Counted from the stretch's first letter, positions 45,842 to 55,719 are shown. The stretch: DNA of 64,000 nt from Polyangiaceae bacterium (GCA_044376115.1 JBILLK010000005.1:256001-320000); one strand, 5' to 3'. The notes: generated by a model from the sequence alone, not told the origin. Numbers and translations: made by a program.

Positions 45842-47194
45842 GTGAACCGCTGGCTTGGCGCTCTTTTGTTGCTTTCTGCGTGTGTGCAGAAGTCGTCGGA
45901 CAAGCCCCTCGCGTCCAGCAAGCCGATTGAACCGTGGGATGAAGAGCCGACCACCGTCACCACGCCGCTCGCTTCACGCCCGCCCGAGGTCTCTCGCGCA
46001 GAGCTGCGTTTCCGGCCAACGTTGCCCACGGTTCAGTGTTCTGGCGACCTGCGCGTGTGCGTGCACTCCGAGGGCACCTCGCCGGAGGCCTCAGCCATCC
46101 TCGCAGCCTCGGTCGACGTTCTGCTCGGGCTACGCGCCCTTCGCCTGCCCGCCGTGCGCTCCGACGTTTCCGCCACCGGCTCGCCCGAACTCGACGTGTA
46201 CTTCGAGCCCGACGCTGAGGCCGCGCGCGCTTATAGCGATCCGGGCAACGAGGCCGGCGCCGCGAGCGACGGTGGAACCACCTTCGTCGTAACCCCGGCG
46301 CTCAGCAGCGACTGTCGGTCGCGCCACGCCCTTGCGACCGCGATCGGTTCGGCGCTGCTGCTCTCGCAAGACGCAGCGACGGATCAGGACGTGCTCTCGA
46401 TGTTGGGCGGTCACCTGGCGAACCTGGTCGCACCCTGCAGTGACGTCATGTTCGAACAGGTGGATGCCGCACAACGCGCGCCCGAGCGCACCTTCGTCGG
46501 CTCGCTGAACGAGCCCGCTCCCGCGGCCTTCCTCTTCCCGCAGTTCCTCGAAGACCGCTTTGGCACCAACGAGCCCGGCAAGCTCACCACCGCGCTCGTG
46601 GCGATCAGCAGCCAACGCAGCATCAAGGGCCCGCTCAACGACGAGCCGGACATGTTCGACGCGCTGCGCGTCACCCAGCGAAGGAACGGCAGCTCGCTCG
46701 CCGATACTTTGCTCGAGTTTGCCGTCGCCCGCGCCTTCCTCGGTTCGCGCAGCGACGACCAACACATGCAGGACGTCAGCTTCTTGGGCGCGATGGGCCG
46801 CGTGCGCTTCGAATGGTCGGTGGACCACGCGACCTTGCCGCGGCGGCTCGCGCCCCTTCGTCCAATCGAGCCGCTGGGTGCCACGTACATCATGTTGACG
46901 CTCGATCAGGTCGCACCCGACGCCGAGTTCACCTTTGCCGCCGAATGGGAGCGGCCCGCGCTCTTTCGCTGGGCCATCGTCAAGCTACGTGAAGACGGCA
47001 GCGAGCTCGGTCGCAGCGAGGTCACGCCAGTGCTCGGCGAGTTCGAGATTCAGCGCACGGTGCGCGATCTCTCCGGCGCGAAGTCGGTCTTGATCGTCGG
47101 CCTACACGAGGGCGAGACCCGCCGCGATGAGCCCTTCGACCCGGGCCAGTTCCGCGAGCGGCCGCGTTCGTATTCCGTGACGCTTTACCCGTAA
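45842..47194 (+). CDS. Lipoprotein, possibly a degenerate zincin-like metalloprotease homologue
   Basis: Lipobox LSAC; VCVH, LDVY and AFLFPQFLEDRFG patterns; no HExxH. Confidence 0.65.
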   Translation: MNRWLGALLLLSACVQKSSDKPLASSKPIEPWDEEPTTVTTPLASRPPEVSRAELRFRPTLPTVQCSGDLRVCVHSEGTSPEASAILAASVDVLLGLRALRLPAVRSDVSATGSPELDVYFEPDAEAARAYSDPGNEAGAASDGGTTFVVTPALSSDCRSRHALATAIGSALLLSQDAATDQDVLSMLGGHLANLVAPCSDVMFEQVDAAQRAPERTFVGSLNEPAPAAFLFPQFLEDRFGTNEPGKLTTALVAISSQRSIKGPLNDEPDMFDALRVTQRRNGSSLADTLLEFAVARAFLGSRSDDQHMQDVSFLGAMGRVRFEWSVDHATLPRRLAPLRPIEPLGATYIMLTLDQVAPDAEFTFAAEWERPALFRWAIVKLREDGSELGRSEVTPVLGEFEIQRTVRDLSGAKSVLIVGLHEGETRRDEPFDPGQFRERPRSYSVTLYP

Positions 47195-47214
47195 CAGGCC
47201 ATAACGCGCCCCGC

Positions 47215-48117
47215 GTGACCCCGCGGTTCAGAGGCCTGATGTGGATGACCTTCGCCAACGTCCTGTTTGCAGGAATGGCGATCTCCGCTCGTTTGGCCTC
47301 TCGCTCGGCGCATTGGTCCACCATCGCTGGCTCGCGTGCTCTCATCGGTGCCATCGTCGCGCTCGCGGTCGCTTTGGTCCGAGGTGCGCCCATCGTCGCG
47401 CGATCTCGTGGCCTTTCGTGGGCACGTAGTCTGCTCGGTACCGTCTCGATGTTGACCACCTTCTACGCGCTCGGCAGCGCTGAACTCGCGCTCGGCGACG
47501 CCTCTACGCTGTTCGCTACGTCGCCGTTGTTCATCGCCATCCTCTCGCCTTGGATCTTGAAAGAGCCGACGGAGCGCTCGGTTTGGGCGATCTTGATCGT
47601 CGCCTTCCTCGGAGTGGCGATGGTGGCCGGGCCGCATCTCTCGTTCGGTAGTTTGCCCGCGGCCTCCTCGCTCACGGCGGCACTTTTTTCGGCGTTGGCG
47701 ATGATGTTCTTGCGCAAGATGCGCAGCGGAAAGGGTGGCGTCGGAGCGGACGGCGCGGAGGCGATCGCGTTGCATTTCGGCTTGGTCGCGTTCAGCGTCT
47801 TCTTCTGCTTCAACCTGCGCTACTTCCGCAATCCGACGCCCGTCGATTGGTTTTTCGTCGTGGGCGCAGGGCTGGCGGGAGGGATCGCCCAATTGGCGAT
47901 GACGCGTGCCTATGCGCTGGTGGAGGCCGCTCGGCTTGGGGCCATCAGCTACGTGGGCACGGTGCTCTCGTTGGCCGGCGCTTTCTTGCTGCTCGATGAA
48001 CGTCCATCGCTCGTGCAGCTGCTCGGCGCCGCGTTGGTGATAGGCGCAGGGACGGTGCTCGCGTGGACGTCGGCGCGTTCGCATCCGACCAGCCCAGCGA
48101 GCGTGCGAGCTACCTAG
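47215..48117 (+). CDS. DMT/EamA family transporter
   Basis: About 10 TM; LGDASTLFATSPLFIAILSPWILKE; AQLAMTRAY; LLDERPS. Confidence 0.9.
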   Translation: MTPRFRGLMWMTFANVLFAGMAISARLASRSAHWSTIAGSRALIGAIVALAVALVRGAPIVARSRGLSWARSLLGTVSMLTTFYALGSAELALGDASTLFATSPLFIAILSPWILKEPTERSVWAILIVAFLGVAMVAGPHLSFGSLPAASSLTAALFSALAMMFLRKMRSGKGGVGADGAEAIALHFGLVAFSVFFCFNLRYFRNPTPVDWFFVVGAGLAGGIAQLAMTRAYALVEAARLGAISYVGTVLSLAGAFLLLDERPSLVQLLGAALVIGAGTVLAWTSARSHPTSPASVRAT

Positions 48118-49465
48118 CAGCCAGCCACTGCCTCGTTCGATAGCGCACTGCTCGCTCGACGCTCTCCCTTACCGAGAGCGCGTAGTAGAGAAAAATCGGC
48201 GCGATCGGTAGCTCCTCGAGCTGCCCCGGCTCAATCACCGTTCCGCGTTCGACACAGCGCAATAGCCCTGCGAGCAGCGGCTCCACCCAAGCGCGCCGTC
48301 CCTCGATCACGTCGGCCAACATCGAAGCGGCGATCGCCACCAAACTGTCGTACTCCGGATCAAAGGCAGCGCGCAGCTCACCATCGGCGCGCAAGCTGAA
48401 GTGCTCGACATGCTGCTCGTAGACCACCTCGAGTACGAAGCTCTTGTCGTTGAACTCGGCGTGCTCACCGAGTTCACGTTTGAGCGCGGGTGCGAGCTGG
48501 CTTCGGAGCCAAGGTTCAATGGTGCAGACCAACGCTTCGTAGGGTTTTTGCTCGAGGTTGGGATCGCTCAGCGGCACCGGGCTCCACGGGCGAAAGTGGC
48601 GCAAGGTCGCTGGCACTCGCGAGCTTGGCTCGCAACGCTCGACGGGCAAGGCGCCCGGGCTCAACGTGAGCGCACCGGCCTGCAAATCGAGCCGCTCACC
48701 AAGCTCGGGCAGCGCAAGCAGGGCCTCCGGCGCGAAGCGCGCGAAGTCGCGCGCGGCCCGCTCGCCCGAGACCGGGTACACCAGCGCGTTCATCGCCTCG
48801 AAGGGCGCAACGAAGCGCTCGCCGCAGGCGCTCGGCGTTACCGCCTTCGCCCCTGCCGCTCGCGCACACGCAAGCAGGTGCTGATACGCACCTGCCTCAA
48901 ACCCGATGAAGCCAGCCGTCGCCATCGCGATCTCGCGCATTGGTTGCAGCGGCGCGATCGCCAAATCCAGCGGCCGATCGCCGAGCGCGACCTTGCGTAT
49001 TCGCTCGACGTCGTCGTGCGAGCTAAACACCGTATCGATCAGGTTCCATACGCAGCCGCTCTCGTCGCACACGAGCAGGCCCCACTCGATCTCGGGTGCG
49101 GCTGAAGGCGTGGTGATCACGCTAACGCCGTCGGCGAGCTCGATCCGCTCGCCGGGCGGAACCACCTTGGCGTGACGAAAGCCCAGCGCAAGCGCTGTTT
49201 CTGCGACCAGCGGGTCGCTCGTGACCACCACCGATTCAGCGTCGGCTCGCGCCAATTGGCCCAAGCTCGCGACGTCGAAGTGATCGAAGTGCACGTGCGA
49301 AACAAAGATGAAGTCGGCGCGCAGGCTCTCTGCGGAGAGCCTGCGCCGCGGCTCCACGCTGAACAGGCCGCCGGCGTGGCTCGGTCCCAAGATCGGGTCG
49401 AACAAGAGCCGCAGTGAACCGGCCTCACACAGCCAGCCGGCATGGCCCAAGTAGGTCAGTCGCAT
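48110..49465 (-). CDS. MBL-fold metallo-hydrolase (UlaG-like) with possible SCP2-like C-terminal domain
   Basis: LTYLGHAGWL, LLFDP, FVSHVHFDHFD. Confidence 0.85.
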   Translation of the reverse strand: MRLTYLGHAGWLCEAGSLRLLFDPILGPSHAGGLFSVEPRRRLSAESLRADFIFVSHVHFDHFDVASLGQLARADAESVVVTSDPLVAETALALGFRHAKVVPPGERIELADGVSVITTPSAAPEIEWGLLVCDESGCVWNLIDTVFSSHDDVERIRKVALGDRPLDLAIAPLQPMREIAMATAGFIGFEAGAYQHLLACARAAGAKAVTPSACGERFVAPFEAMNALVYPVSGERAARDFARFAPEALLALPELGERLDLQAGALTLSPGALPVERCEPSSRVPATLRHFRPWSPVPLSDPNLEQKPYEALVCTIEPWLRSQLAPALKRELGEHAEFNDKSFVLEVVYEQHVEHFSLRADGELRAAFDPEYDSLVAIAASMLADVIEGRRAWVEPLLAGLLRCVERGTVIEPGQLEELPIAPIFLYYALSVRESVERAVRYRTRQWLAAR

Positions 49466-49514
49466 GCGGCGCGTGTTGCCGAAGGTTGTGCCGATTCAGT
49501 GCAGCGCGCCGTTC

Positions 49515-50552
49515 TCAGGCGAAGGCGCCCCACTCGTCCTCGAGTAGCCGCACGGCGTCCGCGAGGTCCACGGCGACGCTCTGATTGAGCCACTCGTCTG
49601 CGAGCTTTCCCGCGGCGATCGCCGAGAAGGTGGGCGGCACGAGCCGCGCGGCCAACTGTACGAGCACCTTCCCCGCGCGTTGCACCCGACTCGACCAATC
49701 GCTGTCGCGATAGGTGGTCTCCGACTGCGTAATCAGCGTCTTGCCGAGGTTGAGGAAGCGAGCGCGAAGCACGTCGGTCGGTTCATCACGTTGGCTGATC
49801 GCACGACGCAAATCCGTCAGCCCGCGCAACACCGTTGCCACCGGCGAACCGGGCGTCGCCGGTACGGGTAGGGCGCTCGCGCGCAACGACCGAATCCCCA
49901 AGTAGTGCTCACCGTGCGGCGCCGCCAAAAGGAGTACGTGCTCGGCGCAGGTGACGTCCGCGGCGCGCAAGAGCAACTCACGGGCTGTCGGCCGGTCCAG
50001 CGTGAGCATGTCGCCCATCTCCTCGAGCCTCGCGATGCCAACGTTCGCCAACGCTGGGTCTGCCCAAGCCATCACCAACCGACCACGCGCGTCTTCCTCC
50101 GGAAGTCGCGCGCTGCTTTCAATCGGCGCGATCCACGAGCCGAGCACTTGCGCGCGCGCCTCGACCAAACAAACGCCATCAGCGCCGTAAAACGAGACCC
50201 GCCCTTCGCGCGCTTCAAATCGCGCGTTGGCCGGGTCTGCTCCAAGCTCCTCCAGCCGCTTGTGCAAGCTGCGCTCGAGCAACTCCCAGCGTTGGAGCGG
50301 CGAGATCGGCTCATGCGGATCTTCCCAATCAACGTTCTCGATGGAGACCGCAGGAACCGTTAGGTCGGGACGCGGAGTTACGCGCAGAGGCGGCGGCGTG
50401 TCATGCGCTGCGGCTGGGCGCGGGCGCGTAATCAGTTCCTTGTCGCTCTTGGCCCGGCCGCCTTTGCGCGCGGATTCAGGACGCAGCCGCGCGGCGCTTG
50501 CGCGAGCTTCCTTTTTCTTCAGCTTCGACGTGGTCCGGGCGTTTCTCACCAT
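49515..50552 (-). CDS. Hypothetical protein (central segment resembles DUF6882)
   Basis: 345-aa ORF with GAGG-like RBS; ARAQVLGSW...MAWADP; helical C-terminus. Confidence 0.6.
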   Translation of the reverse strand: MVRNARTTSKLKKKEARASAARLRPESARKGGRAKSDKELITRPRPAAAHDTPPPLRVTPRPDLTVPAVSIENVDWEDPHEPISPLQRWELLERSLHKRLEELGADPANARFEAREGRVSFYGADGVCLVEARAQVLGSWIAPIESSARLPEEDARGRLVMAWADPALANVGIARLEEMGDMLTLDRPTARELLLRAADVTCAEHVLLLAAPHGEHYLGIRSLRASALPVPATPGSPVATVLRGLTDLRRAISQRDEPTDVLRARFLNLGKTLITQSETTYRDSDWSSRVQRAGKVLVQLAARLVPPTFSAIAAGKLADEWLNQSVAVDLADAVRLLEDEWGAFA

Positions 50553-50563
50553 TGAGGTCTCAC

Positions 50564-51496
50564 TCAGTTGGCGAGCGGGTTGGGCCGAAGGTTCTGCTCG
50601 CCCCGCTTGGCGAGCTTCACCATGATCTCGAGCAGCTGCGAGGGCGTTCCGTCGAGGCCGCGCGATGCAAAAACGTCATTGTGGCCAGCACCATCGAGCG
50701 AGACGAACGTGGCGTTGCGAATCTCCGCGGCCAGCGTGCGACCCATTTCGGCGGGAACCAGCGAGTCTTTGGACCCGTGAACGACCACAGTCTCGATCTT
50801 GATCTCCTTCGCTTTGCCGATGCTGTCGAAGCGGTCTTTCACGATCGCGCGCACCGGCAGGATGGGCGCAAAACGCTGCACCATGTCCACCATCGAGGTG
50901 AACGGCGAGATCAGCAGGAGTTTGGAGCCGTAGCCTGCACGAGCCATTTCCATCGCCACGCCGGAGCCCAAACTCTGGCCGACGAGCGTGACCTGATCTT
51001 GCGTGATGCCCAAGCGAGCGAGCTCATCCAAGGCGCGTTTGGCTGCGAAATAGATCGAGGCCTCGCTCGGCCGCCCCTTGGCCACGCCGTAGCCCGGGTA
51101 CTCGACGAACAAAATGCCCAACCCGCGATCCATCAGCGCGCGCGCAAGCCAGGACAAGTCCACTAGCTCCTGGCCGTTGCCGTGGAAGAACACCACGACG
51201 CCGCCTTTACCGACGCTCACCTTGGCTGGCCGAGCAAAGGCACGCAGCTCTTTCGCCGGCTCGGCTGCGGGCGGCGCATACAGCGCGATCACGTCGGAAC
51301 CTTCAGCGTCGAGCTTCAACATCGTGGTGCCCGAAAGCGTGGGCGCGAGACCGCTCTTCGGCGCGGGGAAGATCAGCGAGCGATGCACCGCCCAGAGCGC
51401 TCCCACGCAGCCTGCGTAGAGCAGCGATGCACCAAGCGCCGTGCGGCCGAGGATCGACCGCGGAATGAGCGAACGCAGACGGGTCAGCGTGAACAC
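50564..51496 (-). CDS. Alpha/beta hydrolase
   Basis: FFHGNG, EYPGYG, GQSLG, HGSKD, GAGHND; N-terminal TM. Start GTG 51496. Confidence 0.9.
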   Translation of the reverse strand: MFTLTRLRSLIPRSILGRTALGASLLYAGCVGALWAVHRSLIFPAPKSGLAPTLSGTTMLKLDAEGSDVIALYAPPAAEPAKELRAFARPAKVSVGKGGVVVFFHGNGQELVDLSWLARALMDRGLGILFVEYPGYGVAKGRPSEASIYFAAKRALDELARLGITQDQVTLVGQSLGSGVAMEMARAGYGSKLLLISPFTSMVDMVQRFAPILPVRAIVKDRFDSIGKAKEIKIETVVVHGSKDSLVPAEMGRTLAAEIRNATFVSLDGAGHNDVFASRGLDGTPSQLLEIMVKLAKRGEQNLRPNPLAN

Positions 51497-51502
51497 GCAG
51501 TG

Positions 51503-51508
51503 AGGATA
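51503..51508 (-). promoter_or_regulatory. Putative -10 hexamer TATCCT (leaderless-type)
   Basis: 6 nt upstream of GTG 51496. Confidence 0.45.
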
Positions 51509-51546
51509 TCGGCGATTGCCCGTCTGTCGAGTGTTGTTTCCATGCC

Positions 51547-52347
51547 TCACCCCTGCGTCGGCTTGGAACGTTGGCGCGGTAGACCGTAAAAGTAGTAGCC
51601 GCGACCGAAAGGAACGAAGTCGTAGGTGCCGTACGTCCAATCGTAGTCAGCGTCTGCCGGTACCATCGCTCGCAGCTCGGCCTCCGAGTAGACGCGCAAG
51701 GTCGAGATCACGCCGTCCCAGATGGAACACGCGAGCGCCACCGGTGAAAGCCAGGTGAGAGCAAAGCGCATCAAGCGGTGATTGTCGGCTAGGAACGGCG
51801 TAGCTGCGAGGGCCGGCAAGCCTACCGGGCCGAACGCCAGGAAGCGCAGCGGGTTGCGCTCAAAGCCCTCCGAGATGAAGAGCGGCGCTCGATGGCGTAC
51901 GGCGTCTTCGATCACACCCGCAGCGACCTTGGGTGGAAGATGGTGGAGCACGTTGATGATCGTGCGGGCCTTTCCCTCCGAGAGCTGGGCGTTGATCGCC
52001 GTTGCGTCTACGGAGCTCGGGACGAACGTGAGCGACGGCTCGCGCTTGCGAAGCTCCTCCCACAACGCTGCGTGCGGAAACAGGTCGGTGAGCGTGAAGC
52101 TCCCCCTCCAACCGAGCTTGCGGAGCAAGGGCACGAGGCTCACGGCCGGCCCGCCAGCGCCGGAGCCGAGATCGAGCACGGCGCTGCTACCGCTATCGCG
52201 TAGAAATTCGTGAAGCGGCGTCGCGAGTCGATCGAGGATGTGGCCCCATTCGAGCGTGAGCGAAAGCGCCTCGACGATCGTGGCACGCAGCGCCGCCGGT
52301 GCTTGAGGGTGGTCGTTGAACTCGAAGGCCTGAACTCGCGGCAACAT
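51547..52347 (-). CDS. Class I SAM-dependent methyltransferase-like protein
   Basis: VLDLGSGAGGP, TLTDLFP, VDAT, LHHL, WDGVISTLRVYS. Confidence 0.8.
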   Translation of the reverse strand: MLPRVQAFEFNDHPQAPAALRATIVEALSLTLEWGHILDRLATPLHEFLRDSGSSAVLDLGSGAGGPAVSLVPLLRKLGWRGSFTLTDLFPHAALWEELRKREPSLTFVPSSVDATAINAQLSEGKARTIINVLHHLPPKVAAGVIEDAVRHRAPLFISEGFERNPLRFLAFGPVGLPALAATPFLADNHRLMRFALTWLSPVALACSIWDGVISTLRVYSEAELRAMVPADADYDWTYGTYDFVPFGRGYYFYGLPRQRSKPTQG

Positions 52348-52353
52348 ACGCGC

Positions 52354-52359
52354 ACTCTA
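52354..52359 (-). promoter_or_regulatory. Putative -10 hexamer TAGAGT (leaderless-type)
   Basis: 6 nt upstream of ATG 52347. Confidence 0.45.
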
Positions 52360-52427
52360 ACGACATTCGAAGAATGTGCCGCTCTAGAACTTGGCCCACG
52401 CGACCAGCTTTCGCTAGGGCACCCCTT

Positions 52428-53141
52428 ATGAAGGCAATCGCAACCACCCTGATCGCATCGTTCGCCCTTCTCGCCGGCTGTGCACCGGCCACAATCTCGG
52501 CACCGCAGAAGGTCCCGAGCGAGCGAGCCACGGTGGTGGCGAAGCACGTCGCAAAGGCCGAGACCCAGGCACCGGTGGAAGAGCCCGCCGCAGCCGTGGC
52601 CGACCAAGGTGACGCACGCGCCGTCGGTGACTACGTGACCTTCGGCTTCTCCGGCAGCTACCGCAAGAAGCCGCTGCGCCTCACGCAGCGGGTGGTGGCA
52701 AAGGCCGAGGGCAAGCTCACGGTCGACTACAGCTTCGTCGAGGGCAAGACGACCGAGACGCTGCGCGTGACCACGCGCGAAGCGGACGGCGCCTTCGTGC
52801 GCGCCGAGCAGGTCGCAGCGGACGGCAGCGTGGAGCCGCTCGATCAGCAGGCCTTCGAGTCGAAGCTCGCGAGCACGGTCGCCGTCGCCGACGAGAATGA
52901 GGCGCTGGTCGACGAGACCTCGCTCACCGTGAAGGTGGGAGCGGTCGAGCTGCCGGTCACCAAGTCGACCTTCAGCGTGCGCATCGGCGCAAAGAAAGCC
53001 ACGCTCGAGACCATCTCCGGGCGCTCGTTCCCTTGGGGTGACGTCGGCGGGAAGATCACCACCAGCGACGGCAAGGTCTTCTTCCACGCCGAGCTGCTCG
53101 ACATGGGTGGCGCCCAGAGCCGAACCGCCTCGCTCGACTGA
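52428..53141 (+). CDS. Hypothetical lipoprotein (beta-rich)
   Basis: MKAIATTLIASFALLAGC lipobox; strong GC3-biased codon usage. Confidence 0.75.
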   Translation: MKAIATTLIASFALLAGCAPATISAPQKVPSERATVVAKHVAKAETQAPVEEPAAAVADQGDARAVGDYVTFGFSGSYRKKPLRLTQRVVAKAEGKLTVDYSFVEGKTTETLRVTTREADGAFVRAEQVAADGSVEPLDQQAFESKLASTVAVADENEALVDETSLTVKVGAVELPVTKSTFSVRIGAKKATLETISGRSFPWGDVGGKITTSDGKVFFHAELLDMGGAQSRTASLD

Positions 53142-53224
53142 GCTTCCCTCGCCCAACGTGCAGCTCTTTCGTCCGTCGCTCATGGCGGATGCAAATTGCT
53201 GCACTTTTCGTCACACTGCCGGCC

Positions 53225-54967
53225 ATGAAACGTTGGCCTGCGCTCCTCCTCCTTGGCTCACTCGAGCTCGGTTGTGCTGCATCCGAGCCGGAAGCTCGCG
53301 AGGCCGTGCAAACACAAAGCGCGAGCGCAGCCGCGTCCGGCGCGGCCTCTGCGACGCCGCAGCCCGAGCGGCGTCTCTCGATCGTCGGTACCAACGACCT
53401 GCACGGGCGCGTGCTCGCGTTGCCGCTGCTCGCGGGCTACGTAGCGAACCTTCGAGCCGCGCGGAAAGCCGATGGCGGCGCGGTCCTGTTGCTCGACGGC
53501 GGCGACATGTACCAAGGCACGCTCGAGTCCAACCTGCTCGAGGGCCGACCGGTCCGCGATGCCTACGCTTCGCTCGGTTATGCCGCCGTCACGGTCGGCA
53601 ATCACGAGTTCGACTTTGGCCCGGCCGGCCCTGCTGCAACGCCGCAAAGCGCAACCGACGATCGACGCGGTGCGCTCTTGGCCCTCGCAAAAGAGGCGCC
53701 GTTTCCCTTCCTTTCCTCGAACATTCTCGACCGCGCGAGCGGCGCGCGGGTGGATTGGCCCAACATCAAGCCGCGCGTGCTGATTGAAGCAGCGGGGCAC
53801 AAGATCGCGTTGATCGGCGTCTCCACCGCCGAGACGTTGACCACGACGATTGCGCCCAACGTCGATGACTTGGCGATGAAGCCGCTGCTCGCCGCCGTCA
53901 CCGAGCAAGCCGCCCTCGCTCGCAAAGAGGGCGCGGAGGTGGTGGTGGTGCTCGCGCACGCGGGCGGTAAGTGCAAGCGCTTCACGGGCGATTCGGTCAC
54001 CGACGAGTGTGAACAAGACGCCGAGATCTTCGAACTCGCGCGCGGGTTACCGCCGGGCACCGTCCACGCGATCGTCGCCGGCCATTCGCACGCGGGCGTT
54101 GCTCACGAAGTGAACGGCATCCCCATCATCGAGCAGTTCGCTTACGGCAGCGCCTTCGGTCGCATCGATCTGAAGCTGGCCAACGGCAGCGTGAAGCTCG
54201 AGAAGATCTTTGCGCCGCAAGAACTCTGCCCCGGCGCCAAGCAACCCGACTTCGATACCTGCGAAACGCCTGCCTACGAAGGCGCGCCGGTGGTGCGCGA
54301 CCGTGCGCTCCGTGCGCTGCTTCAACCCGCGATCGATGCCTCCAAGGCGCGCCGCGAGGAGGAGGTCGGGCCCACGCTCACGACCGAGATCAAGCGCGCG
54401 TACGATGAAGAGTCAGCGCTCGGGAACCTGTTTGCCGATCTGATGTTGGCCGGGGTGCCCGGCGCCGACGTCGCGTTCATGAACGGTGGTGGCCTGCGCG
54501 CTCACCTTCCGCAAGGCAAGCTCCGCTACGGGGCGCTGTTCGAGTCCTTCCCGTTCGACAACCGCATCGCCACGGTGACGCTGACGGTGGCCGAGCTCAA
54601 GCGCGTGCTGCAAGCGAACCTGAACAAATCAGGAGGTATTCTCTCGATCGCCGGGCTCGAAGCGAGCGCTGTTTGCAAACAGGGGACGTTGGCTCTGGAG
54701 CTGCGCCGGCCAGGAAAAAAGCCACCACTGAGCGATGAAACGACGCTTACCGTCGTCGGCAGCGACTTCCTCTTCTTGGGCGGAGACGGCTTTTGGGGTG
54801 ACGTCCGCGACAAGCAGGCGAGCGTGAAACCGGAGCTGATGCGCGACGTGATGGAGGCCCAGTTGAAGCTCCGCAAAACGGTGGATGCGGCCAAGCTGTT
54901 CGACCCAAAGAAGCCGCGGCTACGTCTGCCATCCGCTCGGCCGATCGTCTGTCAAAAGTCCAAGTGA
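53225..54967 (+). CDS. Bifunctional metallophosphatase/5'-nucleotidase lipoprotein
   Basis: TNDLHG, LDGGDMYQGT, GNHEFDFG, LAHAG, AGHSH, NGGGLR, FPFDN, FLGGDGF; signal ending ELGC. Confidence 0.93.
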   Translation: MKRWPALLLLGSLELGCAASEPEAREAVQTQSASAAASGAASATPQPERRLSIVGTNDLHGRVLALPLLAGYVANLRAARKADGGAVLLLDGGDMYQGTLESNLLEGRPVRDAYASLGYAAVTVGNHEFDFGPAGPAATPQSATDDRRGALLALAKEAPFPFLSSNILDRASGARVDWPNIKPRVLIEAAGHKIALIGVSTAETLTTTIAPNVDDLAMKPLLAAVTEQAALARKEGAEVVVVLAHAGGKCKRFTGDSVTDECEQDAEIFELARGLPPGTVHAIVAGHSHAGVAHEVNGIPIIEQFAYGSAFGRIDLKLANGSVKLEKIFAPQELCPGAKQPDFDTCETPAYEGAPVVRDRALRALLQPAIDASKARREEEVGPTLTTEIKRAYDEESALGNLFADLMLAGVPGADVAFMNGGGLRAHLPQGKLRYGALFESFPFDNRIATVTLTVAELKRVLQANLNKSGGILSIAGLEASAVCKQGTLALELRRPGKKPPLSDETTLTVVGSDFLFLGGDGFWGDVRDKQASVKPELMRDVMEAQLKLRKTVDAAKLFDPKKPRLRLPSARPIVCQKSK

Positions 54968-54984
54968 GCGTTTCTCGGCTGAGA

Positions 54985-54990
54985 TACACT
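54985..54990 (+). promoter_or_regulatory. Putative -10 hexamer TACACT (leaderless-type)
   Basis: 6 nt upstream of ATG 54997. Confidence 0.45.
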
Positions 54991-54996
54991 CAAGCC

Positions 54997-55698
54997 ATGC
55001 TTCACCGCTTGTTGGCTCGCTGTACCGCCCTCGTCGTCCTGGTTGCTTGTGCGGAGGGTGGCGAGCTCACGGGTGGTGGCGGCGAAACAGGCGAAGGCGG
55101 CACGGGTGGGATTCGTCCGCAGGGCGGCGGAGGCGAGGGCGGCGTTGGTGCGACAGGCCCTGTTGGTCCAGCCTCCTCATCAAGCTCTGGCGGCTTCGGC
55201 GGTGACGGCGGCTTTGGCGGTGAGGGTGGCTTCGGTGGTGACGGCGGGGCGGGCGGCGGCGGTGGCCCGACCTGCGACTTTACCGCGCCGGAGACCTGCG
55301 CAACCGCCGAAGTTCTACCGGCCGTAGCAGGTGATGAAGGCAACGACTTTGTCTCGCGCAACGGCGTCGGCTCCAAGTGGTTTAAAGTGCATATCCAGGA
55401 GCAAGACAGCGGCGTGTTCGAGTCGGACATGAGCTACACGGTCACGTTGGCTTCGCCTGCCTCGGTTAACTACGATCTGCGCGTCTACGAAGGGCCTGAG
55501 TCGGGAGACCCCAACTGCAATGCAACCCCAACCAATGGCGTTGGCAGCCCTGAGAGCGTCTCGCGAGGTTGGGACGACAGTCAGGGCTTCGGCGGTGAAG
55601 ACAACAGCATCTGGCTCAACATCGAGGTGCTGTACGTCAGCGGTGAAGCCTGCGGCGCTGCAGATCAGTGGACGCTCCAGGTGCTTGGTCACACCTGA
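54997..55698 (+). CDS. Gly-rich lipoprotein with C-terminal PPC-like beta domain
   Basis: Lipobox LVAC; GGFGGD repeats; WFKV...VTLASP..VNYDLRVY. Confidence 0.7.
   Translation: MLHRLLARCTALVVLVACAEGGELTGGGGETGEGGTGGIRPQGGGGEGGVGATGPVGPASSSSSGGFGGDGGFGGEGGFGGDGGAGGGGGPTCDFTAPETCATAEVLPAVAGDEGNDFVSRNGVGSKWFKVHIQEQDSGVFESDMSYTVTLASPASVNYDLRVYEGPESGDPNCNATPTNGVGSPESVSRGWDDSQGFGGEDNSIWLNIEVLYVSGEACGAADQWTLQVLGHT
55189..55242. repeat. Three imperfect 18-bp repeats encoding GGFGG(D/E)
   Basis: ggcggcttcggcggtgac / ggcggctttggcggtgag / ggtggcttcggtggtgac. Confidence 0.8.
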
Positions 55699-55719
55699 AG
55701 CTCGTTCAGCGCGGCTGGT

